Shown one piece after another: positions 13,676 through 28,933 of a DNA stretch of 64,000 bases. A program made the translations under genes and the position numbers. This DNA is from Eledone cirrhosa (lineage: Eukaryota), in the NCBI GenBank assembly GCA_964016885.1, contig OZ024741.1:321780001-321844000 (forward strand), given 5' to 3'. The number at the start of each line of letters is the position of its first letter. The first letter of the stretch is position 1. The notes under the pieces are model-generated. The model was not told where the DNA came from, ran no database searches, and saw only the letters and a program-made list of their open reading frames with translations.

Positions 13676-13796
13676 TTATTGACACGTGTTTCTATAACAG
13701 TTACATAACCTGAAAACAGCTGCTATCTACAAAGTATTAGTTATGCAGACATTCAATATTTCAATGTTATTATCAACTGTCATTTCATCGGAATAA
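13676..13796 (-). ncRNA. Variant type I hammerhead (CCGAUGA core, about 90-nt stem II domain); mirror copy 15685-15805 (+)
   Basis: TTATT-CCGATGA-A-ATGACAGTT...AACTGTTAT-A-GAAA-CACGTG-TC-AATAA; palindromic stem III; GUC triplet. Confidence 0.7.
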
Positions 13797-14634
13797 TTTT
13801 ACTGAGGACCTGTTTGGTTTTTATAGAGAATATTAGGAGGGAGGGGTGAAGTTGTTAGAAGAATAGTTGAGGGAGTGGTTTTTTGATAGCAGTGAGAATT
13901 TTTGGTGGCAGTGAGTAATTAGATTCCCATCTGTTGTTTTGACATTTTTATAGAATATATTATTGGTTATTTTTCTAAATCTATAGAAGGATTAGAGATA
14001 GTGAAGATATGCGTGGTTGGTTTTGTGTTTGCACTTAAATAACATTCAGACTTAAATTTTTCTTTCAAGTGTACGTATCCTTCCGCCCACGCATTCACAC
14101 ACAAACATATATGCACACCTCTACAAAATACATATACTCACATACACATACTTACATGCTCATACTTACATACATATACACATGCATACATATATATATA
14201 CACATATATACATGTACATACATACGCGTTCATGTGTATACATTTTCATACTCAACTTATCTTTATATACACACGTATAGACACACACATATATACACAC
14301 ATACTCCAGTCTATGTGTATATATATTTATATATATATATATATTTATATATAAACACTTTAATACATGAATGCACTTACATCTAACTATACACATCAAA
14401 CACATATATATATTTACTTATTTATATACATTTTCACATATATATACATACTTATGGTCGCTTTTAGACACATTCATTATAGCATATTTGCACCTATTCT
14501 CATCAGCATATCTTTCCATTATTAGTGTGGTAATTTAAGGTTATTAATATACATATATATGTTGAGAAGAGATTGTTTTTATATTTTTCTAACTAGATTG
14601 AGGTTTATATAGTTGGGGGGGGGATGTCCCTCTT

Positions 14635-15392
14635 TTATGTAATATTCAGCTTGTAGTGGGAAAAAAGGGTTTTAGTTCGGTGACGGCAGAATAATGTTCG
14701 TTCAATTCTGTTATTCAGCAATTGCCTCTTGTGTGTGATTATGTAATAGATCTCAAGATTACACAATTTGCAGAAATTTTGGCTCCTGGAAAAGCTTTGG
14801 GTTTTAGCTAATTTCTCCCATTTTAGGGTAAACTTTTGATCGCTATCCCTGAGTGTCCAAGCTTTTTCTGCTAAAGTTGTTACATTCCTTTGGCTCTGGT
14901 GTTTTATTGAGTAAGAATGCCTATATAATCGAGATTTAAACGATGTTGCCGTTGATCCCACGTAATACCACTCGTTGCCTCCGGATTTAATGGTACACTT
15001 ATAAATAATATTTTTTTCCAGGCAGTTATTGCCGAGGGGGCAGTTGTCAGGATAGGTGCAGTTACAGTTGTGTACGTTGGGTTTTCTCTGGAGTAGTATT
15101 GCGGACGAACTTAGGTGTGGTTTATTTATGTTCTGTAGTGTATTGTCTACTGTTTTTTTTTGTGTTCTTTGTACTTAAGTTTTTAGTGTTTTCGTTTAAC
15201 CTTCTAGTATTGATCTTTTTTATGTGTTGTTCAAGGTTTAACGTTGTAGAGTATGACAGTCTTATAGTGGTAGGGTTTAGGATTTTGTGGTATTTGTGTG
15301 ATGTAGGAAAATGTCTCTTAATTATTTTAAAGAAGAGTACTGGTAAATTTGTACTAATGGAACTATTGTATTCAGGGTTATACCATATGCGT
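14635..15392 (-). pseudogene. Penelope-like element ORF C-terminus: linker, CxCx5Cx5C finger and GIY-YIG endonuclease (frameshifted)
   Basis: IWYNPEYNSSISTNL; CNCTYPDNCPLGNNCLEKNIIYKCTIKSGGNEWYYVGSTATSFKSRLYRH; CKLCNLE; LLNNRIE...CRHRTK. Confidence 0.88.
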
Positions 15393-16582
15393 GGGCGAAA
15401 GGATACGTACACTTGAAAGAAAAATTTAAGTCTGAATGTTATTTAAGTGCAAACACAAAACCAACCACGCATATCTATACTATCTCTAATCCTTCTATAG
15501 ATTTAGAAAAATAACCAATAATATATTCTATAAAAATGTCAAAACAACAGATGGGAATCTAATTACTCACTGCCACCAAAAATTCTCACTGCTATCAAAA
15601 AACCACTCCCTCAACTATTCTTCTAACAACTTCACCCCTCCCTCCTAATATTCTCTATAAAAACCAAACAGGTCCTCAGTAAAATTATTCCGATGAAATG
15701 ACAGTTGATAATAACATTGAAATATTGAATGTCTGCATAACTAAAACTTTGTAGATAGCAGCTGTTTTCAGGTTATGTAACTGTTATAGAAACACGTGTC
15801 ATTAAATTCCTTTTAACTAAACTGTATCCATTAAAATCCTTCTATATTTATATATATATATGTAATATATATATATCCATATATATAAATATATATATCC
15901 ATATATATATAATATATATACATATATATAAATATATATATTTATATATATATATCCATATATATAAATATATATATATACATATATATAAATATATATT
16001 TTTATAATATATATATATACATATATATACTAACCCATGCTAGCGTGGAAGATAGACGTTAAACGATGATGATGATGATGATAAATATATATATATATAC
16101 ATGTATATAATATATATACATATATATAATATATATAAATATAATAATATTATTTCGCTTATTTTAACCATTAATGGGGGCTACAAAAAGATTTGATAAC
16201 AGAAACATATAATTTTTTTTTTGTATCTCTTTCCCTTTGTCTCTCTTGTTTTTGTTTCTTATGCAAAGTGGTATATGATACCCTTCTCTATCATTCATGT
16301 TACAAGTTATACATGGATGATTAAATTGATTAAATAAATAAAATATCCATACGTTTGGGCTTGCAAGCACAAGGTAAAGTACACAGTCTCTTCAGGACAA
16401 CCTTGATTATTTATCTTTTCTTTTATATGCCTGGCTATTATCCAGCATCATGCTGTCTCATTTTATTGCTTAACCATTTCATTACCATATTTGTACATTA
16501 TTCTATGTACTATACATGCACTCTTGATGAGTTGTATTGCACCTGAGCAAAATTTTCATTATTATTATTATTATTATACATC

Positions 16583-16772
16583 ACCGGTGGATTGGCAGTA
16601 TCGGTAGAGGGTCGGACACCATGCTTTGCAGCATAGTTACGTCCCTTTACGGATTGAGTTCAAATCCCGCTGAGGTTAACTTTACCTTTCATCCTTACGG
16701 GGGTCCATAAAATAAAGTACCAGTAATGCACTGGGATAATTGCTGGCCTTGTGCCTAAAGTAGAAACAATTA
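16583..16772 (+). mobile_element. SINE family A inserted at the (ATT)n tail of a CR1-like 3' end
   Basis: Same A/B boxes and core as 6028-6211; flanking repeat ATTATTATACAT. Confidence 0.85.
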
Positions 16773-17984
16773 TTATACATTGCTTATGATTTTCAATTTT
16801 TTTTGAAAATAATTAAGAATTCATTGTTAATATAACTAGCTTTTTTGTTATTAAACTGGTGCCTGGAACATAACTTAACAAATTTACTTACATAAAATTA
16901 TGATAGAAGATTTTTAGATAAATATAAATACTTTAAAACAGTTTTGTATTGTAGAACAAGGGGTATTTTCAGGCAGTTTGGTATCAAATGGTTCAACCCT
17001 TTTGTTATATTTCTAATGAAATATATGCCTATGATTTTCAATTAATTTTGATATTAATCAAGAATTTGAAAGGATTTAGTAATATAACCAACTTTTTCAT
17101 TATTAAGTTGGTATCAAGGATTCTTACATGAAATAATGATAGAAAGATTTTAGACATATAAAGATCTAAAAATGTAATAATATGTTGTTTCAAGTGAGTT
17201 GTTATCAAAATAAAGAGTGCAGTATTGTAGAACCAAGGGTTAGTTTCAAGTGGATTGTTATCAAATGAATTAAATGAAGTAAGAGTGTTGTTATAGCATA
17301 TGGTCAGAGTTCAAATCCTGCTGCAGTTAATTAAGCTTTTCATCCTTTCAGGGTCAATAAAATATTGTTACTAGTCCAGAGGTAGTGGTTAGTGGAATAA
17401 TTAAAGTGTTGGAAAAGTTGCCTTATAGTATTTGTTGCAGCTCTCTGTGTTTGAGTTCAAATCCCAAATCCTGGATGGTAGACTTAATCCATCGTCCAGT
17501 TTAACAAACATGTTCTTGTATTGAAAGGTGGGAGGTGTCATGGTGAGTCATGGAGGACAAAAAGTTTAAGAACTACTGCTTTAAACGAAAAATCTTATTT
17601 AGGTAAGGGGAAAGGATTAATATCTTTGCAATATCCTTTTAAATCATAAATCAATGAAATGTTTTCGTTTTTCCATTTGCACACTTGTCTTTACATGCGA
17701 CGATTCTAATCTTCTTGCTGTATATTTTTAATTGATTCTTCTTCTAGTGTCAAACAAAATACCTTGTGATTTCTGTTCTGATTCTCTTTCACTCATTTAC
17801 TTGATCCAGCAGACAAGCTGAAGTCATGCTGAGGCACTGCTATTTACATTCTGAGATCAAATCCAGCTGACGTAAACTTGGCTGAGGTCAATAAAATAAA
17901 GTACCGGTAAAGTATTGGGGTTGATATAATCAACTTCCCCCCTCCCTACAGATTGTTGGACTTTTGCCTAACTTAGAAACTATG

Positions 17985-19712
17985 CCATGCTTTGACGTGT
18001 AGAGTTACGGTCCTTGCCATTCTGAGTTCAAATCCCGCCGAGGTTAACTTTGCCTTTCATCCTTACGGGGTCGATAAAATAAAGTACCAGTAATACACTG
18101 GGTAATTGCTGGCCTTGTGCCAAAAGTAGAAACAATTATTATTATTGGATTGGCAGAATCATTAGAGCGTTGGACAAAATACCTTGCAACATTTGTTTTG
18201 GTTCTTTACCTTCTCAATACAAATCCACTGAGATTAACTTGGCCTTTCATCCTGCTAGGGTCAATGAAATAAAGTACTCTTCAAGTACTTGGACCAATTT
18301 CGAGCCTTGTGAATGTCAGAAACTATTAAAATTCATAAGCAATCGTGAGGTTGTGAGTTTGATTCCTGAACCGGGCGATGCGTTATGTCCTTGAACAAGA
18401 CACTTTATTTCACATTGCTCTTTCTACCTGGAGTTGCAACCAATAGATAGTATTAGCAATTGGAAAGACCAACAAAAACATTGTTTCCTCGGTCCAATTT
18501 GACAAAAGTCGATCGACTGTCGAAGCATCGTAATTTAATGTCTGCTTTTCCTGCTAGCAAGGGTTGGATGGGTTATCACAGATCAATTTAGTACTTAATT
18601 TGAGCTACTGACTTCTCAGATGGGCTGAGAAGAAGGTGCATCCTGTTTACATATGTTCCTACATTGTACAGAGTGTATTGGGTGCATTTTATCCTGTCAC
18701 CAGCACTAGGGAGGTTATGTCTTTGACACACCTGAAAATTCCTCTTGACCCTTTATTTGGCAAGTTTTCCATGACTGGATACCTTTCCTATCACCATTAT
18801 TAATGGCGGTGGATTGGCAGTATCAGTAGAAGGTCGGACGCCATGCTTTGCAGCAAATAGTTATGACTCAGTCACTGGGGTCGATTTAATCAACTTACTC
18901 CTCCTCCTCCAAAAAATTGCTGGCCTTGTGCCTATATGAGAAACTATTATTATAAAAAAGACAGTGGATTGGCAGCATTGGTAGAGCATCGGACAACATG
19001 CATTACAGCCCCTTACGTTTTGATTTCAAATCCCATTAAGGTTAACTTTGCCTGTCATCCTTACAGGGTCGATAAAATAAAGCACCAGTCACTCACTGGG
19101 GTCGATTTGACTTGCCCCTCCCCCAAAACATTGCTGGCCTTGTGCCTAAATCTGAAACAATTATTATTAGGATTGGCAGAACCGGTGGAGCGTCAGACGC
19201 CATGCTTTCCAGCATAGTTCCTTTATGGTCTGAGTTCAAATCCCACCGAGGTTAGCTTTGCCTTTCATCCTTACGGGGTTGATAAAATAAAGTACCAGTA
19301 ATGTACTGGGTAATGGCTGGCCTTGTGCCAAAAGTAGAAACAATTATTATTATAAAAAGGGTGGTGGATTGGCAGCATCGGTAGAGCGTCGGACTTTCTT
19401 TTATGGCACAGCATTATGGCCTTTTAGGTTCTGAGTTCAAATCCCGCTGAGGTTAGCTTTGTCTTTCATCCTTACGGGGTCAATAAAATAAAGCACCAGT
19501 TATGCACTGGGGTCGATTTAATCGACTTTCCCCTCCCCACAAAATTGCTGGCCTTGTGCCTATAGTAGAAATTATTATTATAAAAATATGAATATTATTA
19601 CTATGAATTATTAATATGACTTTGCCTTTCATCCTTACGGGGTCGATAAAATAAAGTACCAGTAATGCACTGGGTAATTGCTGGCCTTGTGCCTAAAGTA
19701 GAAACAATTATT
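17985..19712 (+). mobile_element. Cluster of about six head-to-tail SINE family A copies and fragments
   Basis: Repeated GGATTGGCAG... heads and ...CTTGTGCC.AAAGTAGAAACAATTATT tails, all in the same orientation. Confidence 0.85.
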
Positions 19713-19904
19713 ACTATGAATATTATTAGTAGGATCATTATTGTCATTAGTATTATGTGAAACTGGGGAATTCATTAAAACGTTTTCGAACTTTTGCATA
19801 TTTTTTTATTTAAACAATTTTTTAAAAATTATTATCATTATCATTGTTGTTGTTGTTGTTGTTGTGTCATTAATTTTGCAGAAAAATCCAGAAATATATA
19901 CGTT

Positions 19905-19940
<36 letters not shown>

Positions 19941-20397
19941 TATATATATATAATACGTATATATGTGTTATATATATATATATATATATATATACATACA
20001 TACATACATGTATTATATATATAATTATTTTTCAACATTTATTTAATCATAAATACCAGGATTTCTGCAACAAAGGTAAAACAGCACCAGTCTGGAGGTA
20101 GGGGATGTTGCAAAAAATAAAAATAAAAAAAAAACAACACAGAAAAAACAAACTAACAACCCAAAAAAGGATATGATAGAGAGAGGAGAGAGATTGGTGG
20201 GGGTGGGGTGAAGGGAACTGGGACAAAAACCAAACCAAAACGATATAAAAAAAATGGATATGATGGAGAGAGAGAGAGAGAGAGGGAGGTAGAAAAAAGA
20301 AAATAAGAGATGATGGAGATGGAGAGGAAGAAGGAGAAATTAGGGGAAGGGGTACTGGGATGAGAAAAACAACAAATAGAAAAGGAATATGATGGAG

Positions 20398-20552
<155 letters not shown>

Positions 20553-20829
20553 AGACATTTTGGGGATAACTTGGATGAAGAAAAAATGTCAAAAAACTTA
20601 ACGAAAAATTAAAATTAAAATTCAACAAAATAATAAATTAAAAAGAAAAAAAAAGATTAAAATCAAATAAATTAAAAACAATATATATCTATATATCTAT
20701 ATGTATGAGTGTGTGTGTGTGGATATATATATATATTACACACGCATATATATTATATATATATATGTTACACAAATACACAGACATATATATTATATAT
20801 AAATAGATATATTGCACACACATGTATAT

Positions 20830-21572
20830 ATATATATATATATATATCAGTGCATATATAATTATATTATATATATATATATCAGTGCATATATAATTAT
20901 ATTATATATATATATATCAGTGCATATATAATTATGTTCTATATATATATATATATAATTATGTTATATATATATATATATATAATTATGTTATATATAT
21001 ATATATATATATAATTATGTTATATATATATATATATATATAATTATGTTATATATATATATATATATATAATTATGTTATATATATATATATATATATA
21101 ATTATGTTATATATATATATATATATATAATTATGTTATATATATATATATATATATAATTATGTTATATATATATATATATATATAATTATGTTATATA
21201 TATATATATATATATAATTATGTTATATATATATATATATATATAATTATGTTATATATATATAATTATGTTATATATATATATATATATATATAATTAT
21301 GTTATATATATATAATTATGTTATATATATATATATATATATATAATTATGTTATATATATATATATATATATATATAATTATGTTATATATATATAATT
21401 ATGTTATATATATATATATATATATATATAATTATGTAATATATATATATATATATATATATAATTATGTAATATATATATATATATATATATATAATTA
21501 TGTAATATATATATATATATATATATAATTATGTTATATATATATATATATATCAGTACATATATAATTATG

Positions 21573-21639
<67 letters not shown>

Positions 21640-21655
21640 TGCATATATAATTATG

Positions 21656-21692
<37 letters not shown>

Positions 21693-21737
21693 TGCATATA
21701 TAATTATGTTATATATATATATATATATATATATATG
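20830..21737. repeat. AT-rich minisatellite (TAATTATGTTA(TA)n units)
   Basis: Direct observation of tandem units. Confidence 0.95.
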
Positions 21738-22040
21738 TAACTAGAACAAGGAGGAAGAAAAAATGAGTGTGTAAGATATTGTGGAAATATTAGAGTCAGC
21801 AAGGGTCAATTTGGCAATGCTACACCCCATTGATATATTTGTTGTAGTAGTAGTAGCTGTTGCAGTAGTAGTGGTTGTTGATGTAGTTATAGTTGTAGTA
21901 ATAGTTATAGTAATAGAGGTTGTTTTCTTTAAAATGTGATTTAATGAGAGAATTGAAAAAGATTTCTAAAGAAGAGGAAAAAATTACAAAAGCAATATAT
22001 ATATATATATATGGTATGTGTGTGTATATGTAAGTGTATA

Positions 22041-22117
<77 letters not shown>

Positions 22118-22237
22118 CTATGTACAGATATGTAAAAAAATGTTTACACACATATACAAACATATATATATATATATGTGTGTGTGTGTGTTTGTGAATT
22201 TATGTGTGTATATATATATATATGCATATGTATATAT

Positions 22238-22815
22238 ATGATATCAAATATATATATATGATATCAAATATATATATATGATATCATATATATATATTTG
22301 ATATCATATATATATATTTGATATCATATATATATATTTGATATCATATATATATATTTGATATCATATATATATATTTGATATCATATATATATATTTG
22401 ATATCATATATATATATTTGATATCATATATATATATTTGATATCATATATATATATTTGATATCATATATATATATTTGATATCATATATATATATTTG
22501 ATATCATATATATATATATTTGATATCATATATATATATATTTGATATCATATATATATATATTTGATATCATATATATATATATTTGATATCATATATA
22601 TATATTTGATATCATATATATATATTTGATATCATATATATATATTTGATATCATATATATATATTTGATATCATATATATATATTTGATATCATATATA
22701 TATATTTGATATCATATATATATATTTGATATCATATATATATTTGATATCATATATATATATTTGATATCATATATATTATCATATATATTTAATATCA
22801 TATATTTAATATCAT
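22238..22815. repeat. About 20-bp minisatellite TTGATATCATATATATATAT
   Basis: Direct observation of tandem units. Confidence 0.95.
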
Positions 22816-22861
22816 ATATATATATTTAATATCATATATATATATGTATATATTTGATATA

Positions 22862-22913
<52 letters not shown>

Positions 22914-22972
22914 TATATCAAATATATACATATATATATATATATATATACATATATATATGCATATATCAA

Positions 22973-23013
<41 letters not shown>

Positions 23014-23021
23014 TATATCAA

Positions 23022-23076
<55 letters not shown>

Positions 23077-23125
23077 TATATCAAATATATACATATATAT
23101 ATATATATATATATGCATATATCAA

Positions 23126-23157
<32 letters not shown>

Positions 23158-23168
23158 GCATATATCAA

Positions 23169-23237
<69 letters not shown>

Positions 23238-23322
23238 TATGTATATATATACATATATATATATATATGTATAAATAAGCATATATATATACACACAAAT
23301 ATAGGAACACATATATAAACAG

Positions 23323-23360
<38 letters not shown>

Positions 23361-23675
23361 GCACATGCACATACATATACACACATATATCATATACATT
23401 ATATACTTATATATACACAGTAGTATATCTGTTTGTACATGTAATATTAAAGAACTTTTAACTGAGAAGGATAATAAATATTAAAATTATCGAAATGCCT
23501 CATTAATGAAATGAAAGTATTGTTCGTTAAGTAATTGTAATTAAAAAATCAGTGATAAAATACACAAATCATAACTCCAATTTTTATTAAATATCTCGTT
23601 TTGTTTGTTTCTCCTCCTTTGTCGTATGCTTGAAATCTCTCCTCCAAAGCCAAATAGATAAATTATAATATACAC

Positions 23676-23719
<44 letters not shown>

Positions 23720-24128
23720 GTGAACATATACATACTAAATGTACATGTGCTCACACAAAGATATATATTTATATATGTGTTTTTTATGTGCATGTGTACA
23801 CACACATACACACATATATATGTACATATATACATTACAAACACACACACACACACACACACATGTATGTATGCATATATATATATTATATATATATGCA
23901 CATATATACACATATATATATACATATATACAAACATACAGACACATATGTGTGTGTATTTATATATATGTATATTTATTTATATATACACACATATATA
24001 TATATGTACACACTCACATATAAAACACACACACACACAAACACATATATACATATATGAATGCATATACACACACACATACATGTGTGTGTGTGTATAT
24101 ATATATATATATACACGCATACATATAT

Positions 24129-24161
<33 letters not shown>

Positions 24162-24833
24162 GATATACATAAACACACACACATATATATATATATATGC
24201 AGACCCACAAATATAAATATATATATGTTTATATGAAAGTTCCAGCTAGCCCTCCCTCCCACCACCTTGATTAGGTGTCAGGTTGCTGGTTGATGATTTG
24301 ATGGTTTCCATCCAGCCAATGGTGCTGCGCTGTGTCAAAGGCCAAGATATGTGACTCTCACTGGCTCAGTTCACCTAGCTGTAAATAAGTAGCACAGCTA
24401 GGTGAAACTTAATGCTGTAAGTTGAAAGTTGGCATGTTGCGGTGAGTGCTGTCTAAATAATGAGTTGATTTATTAGTTTGCAGTGGTGAGTTCAAATCCC
24501 ACCGTGGTTATAGATATCTAGGAGAGGTGATGGGGCTAGCTTGCCCTAGACACATTGTTTGAAGATTCGAGTCTTCAGTGGAGCCCCAACAATGACCCAA
24601 TAGACTGTGAGACTCACCTGTATACTCATACACATATATACACACACAAATATATTTAAATATATATGTATAAATTATGTACATATATATATGTATATAT
24701 ATATATTTATATAATTTTGTATATGTGCATATATGTGTACATGTACAGATAAATGTGTATATATGCATATGTGCATATGTATTGATGTATATGAGTGTAT
24801 ATATATATATTTATATATATACATATCTATCTA

Positions 24834-24867
<34 letters not shown>

Positions 24868-24975
24868 CATACATATATAAATCTCTATACATACAGATGT
24901 ACATACGCACATATATATTCACATATATTTGTTTAAACATTTTTCTTTTTTTCAAAATATTTTTTTAAATAATTA

Positions 24976-25809
<834 letters not shown>

Positions 25810-26121
25810 TTAGAATAATATTTTGATAACAAAAAGGAAATTTTTAAAAATGACATACAGAATCATTTTGATAGTAAACTACCTGAATCTAGTTATGATT
25901 CTAAGATATGAATTTGTTTCTTCTAAAATGTTTATATTTATCTAAAAACCTTTCTATCATAATTTTATAGAAGAGCATTTGTTAAGCTAAATAATAAGAA
26001 AGTTAATCATTCCATTTAATTCTTCCAACATGATTTGAAAAAAAATCATTGGCAGTGTCTTTGCTTAAAAAATATGGTAATGAAAGGGTTAATTAAATAA
26101 AGGGATTGCAATACATTCTAC

Positions 26122-26167
<46 letters not shown>

Positions 26168-26319
26168 TATAGATGTTTATAACAGGCAATGCTTGGTGTG
26201 TGGGGTGGTTGTGGTGTAAATCCTAAAATACTAAAACTTCAAGAACAATTGGACAATGTCTACTTAATAACAACTGAGCAGTCATTACTTATCACTGACC
26301 ATTGTCTATTCAATACAAA

Positions 26320-27405
26320 CAACTGGCTAGTAGCTAGTCAATACTAACAACTGGCTAGTGGCTATTCAGTACTAACAACAACAGCTGACCAGTAGCTAGT
26401 CAATACTAACAACTGGCTAGTAGCTAGTCAATACTAACAACTGGCTAGTAGCTAATCAATACTAACAACTGGCTAGTGGCTATTCAATACTAACAATTGG
26501 CTAGTGGCTATTCAATACTAACAACTGGCTAGTAGCTATTCAATACTAACAACTGGCTAGTGGCTATTCAGTACTAACAACAACAGCTGACCAGTAGCTA
26601 GTCAATACTAACAACTGGCTAGTAGCTAGTCAATACTAACAACTGGCTAGTAGCTAGTCAATACTAACAACTGGCTAGTAGCTATTCAATACTAACAACT
26701 GGCTAGTAGCTATTCAATACTAACAACTGGCTAGTGGCTATTCAATACTAACAATTGGCTAGTAGCTATTCAATACTAACAATTGGCTAGTAGCTAGTCA
26801 ATACTAACAACTGGCTAGTGGCTATTCAATACTAACAATTGGCTAGTAGCTATTCAATACTAACAACTGGCTAGTGGCTATTCAATACTAACAACTGGCT
26901 AGTGGCTATTCAATACTAACAACTGGCTAGTAGCTATTCAATACTAACAACTGGCTAGTAGCTATTCAATACTAACAATTGGCTAGTAGCTATTCAATAC
27001 TAACAATTGGCTAGTAGCTATTCAATACTAACAACTGGCTAGTAGCTATTCAATACTAACAACTGGCTAGTAGCTATTCAATACTAACAACTGGCTAGTA
27101 GCTATTCAATACTAACAATTGGCTAGTAGCTATTCAATACTAACAATTGGCTAGTAGCTAGTCAATACTAACAATTGGCTAGTAGCTATTCAATACTAAC
27201 AATTGGCTAGTAGCTATTCAATACTAACAACTGGCTAGTAGCTATTCAATACTAACAATTGGCTAGTGGCTATTCAATACTAACAACTGGCTAGTAGCTA
27301 TTCAATACTAACAATTGGCTAGTAGCTATTCAATACTAACAACTGGCTAGTAGCTATTCAATACTAACAACTGGCTAGTAGCTATTCAATACTAACAATT
27401 GGCTA
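26320..27405. repeat. 28-bp minisatellite CTGGCTAGTAGCTATTCAATACTAACAA
   Basis: Roughly 35-38 tandem units with point variants and no unique spacers. Confidence 0.95.
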
Positions 27406-28020
27406 ACAACAATGACAGCTGACCAATGGCTACTTAACACCAAGAACTAGTTAATAGCATTTAACATAAGGGATAAGGTGGATAAGGGATCAGCTGTAGA
27501 AACCAAACTAACCTGAAACCAGATTTGGATTCTGGCCCATGGAAGAATGGTAACACTGAGTAAGTGACAACACATTCAAGCATGGAAAAAGAGACACTAA
27601 ATGATGATGATGATGATGATCTCTCTCTCAAGATATACACATGTATATGTACTTATATCTATCTATATATACATGTATGTATGTATATTTTTTTTGTGGC
27701 GCGAGAGATACCTCATCATTAAGACATCTCTCTATGAGAAGATCACTTTGATATAAAACCTGCGACTTTGTTTGCATTCAATGATGTAGACCAGTTCTGC
27801 TTAAATAAATGTATTCGGTGTTCTGAGAGTGGGATTGGCCTGGTGCAAAGCCTTTCTTCACTTAAAAAAGCTTCAAGTACAGGCATCACTTGATATGAGA
27901 TATTTTTTTGCGATGCATGTCATTGCTGCTCATAGGCAAGTCCCAAGCAGGATTAAAAGCCACGTCCTCGATGCTCATGCTTAAGTATCAAGTGATGGCT
28001 TTACTTGAAATCGAGTTGCA

Positions 28021-28058
<38 letters not shown>

Positions 28059-28059
28059 T

Positions 28060-28507
28060 GCAGAGGTTGTATTTAATTTGTTGTGATTCAACAAGCTTAA
28101 CATTTTTTATAACTGATATAAAGTACTCAACAGATTTGTGGAGTAAATATACAATATATTAATAAATGGAAACTATATTTATAAAACCATAATTATTTTA
28201 TTATATATATTTCAAGGGCAACCAAGGTAGATTATGGTGTGCTTTCATCAGATAAAATACACATTTGTTTTATAAATAAATATTGACATACCCGGAAAAA
28301 AGACAACCTCAACGATTGAAATTCGCTGGATAGTGAATTTCAGCCGTTGAGGTTGTCTTTTTTCCGGGTATGTCAATATTTATTTATAAAACAAATCTGT
28401 ATTTTATCTGATGAAAGCGCACCATAATCTACCTTGGTTGCCCTTGAAATATATATAATAAAATAATTATGGTTTTATAAATATAGTTTCCATTTATTAA
28501 TATATTG

Positions 28508-28512
<5 letters not shown>
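28060..28512 (-). mobile_element. Fold-back Penelope-like remnant (about 180-bp arms, tail on the left) in (TA)n
   Basis: Inverted repeat 28146-28326/28333-28512 centred near 28330; hammerhead in each arm. Confidence 0.85.
28401..28464 (+). ncRNA. Type I hammerhead ribozyme motif; mirror copy 28195-28258 (-)
   Basis: ATTTTAT-CTGATGA-AAGCGCACC...GGTTGCCCTT-GAAA-TATATA-TA-ATAAAAT; 7-bp stem I; palindromic stem III; AUA triplet. Confidence 0.8.
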
Positions 28513-28555
<43 letters not shown>

Positions 28556-28564
28556 TATATATAT

Positions 28565-28895
28565 CATCATTTCATTTTACGTCCGCTTTTTCCCTGCTTG
28601 CAAGGGTGGGACGGGAACTGATTCTGGCTTGATTTCTACAGCTGGATGCCCTTCCTAACACCAACCTCATTTACAGTGGGTGCTGGGTGCTTTTTTGCCG
28701 TGGCACCTTCACGACCACTTTGCAGTGGAATGATATGGACCCCAGTCCCTATCATCTCATTTCTACAGCTGAGTAAACTGGAGCAATGTGAAATAAAGTG
28801 TCTTGCTCAAGGAAACAACACATCACCCGGTCTGAGAATTGAACTCACAACCTTTCGATTGCAAGGCCAATGCTCTAACCACTAAGCCATGTGCC
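28565..28895 (-). mobile_element. tRNA-derived SINE family B, full length
   Basis: Reverse complement of 28934-29272. Confidence 0.9.
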
Positions 28896-28933
28896 TATAT
28901 ATATACACACACACACACACACACATACACATA

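Larger units (their letters stand above)
13525..15845 (-). mobile_element. 5'-truncated Penelope-like retrotransposon (Naiad-type) with about 455-bp inverted 5' duplication
   Basis: 13637-14093 is the inverted repeat of 15388-15845; GIY-YIG coding remnant lies between; hammerhead motif in each arm; flanked by (TA)n. Confidence 0.9.

Noticed and set aside
26320-27405. 28-bp repeats of CRISPR-like length
   Set aside because: Units are directly tandem with no unique spacers, no cas genes, eukaryotic context
27935-27975. GTCCCAAGC, resembling the twister ribozyme loop
   Set aside because: No matching GAGGG pseudoknot partner or P1/P2 stems could be found by eye
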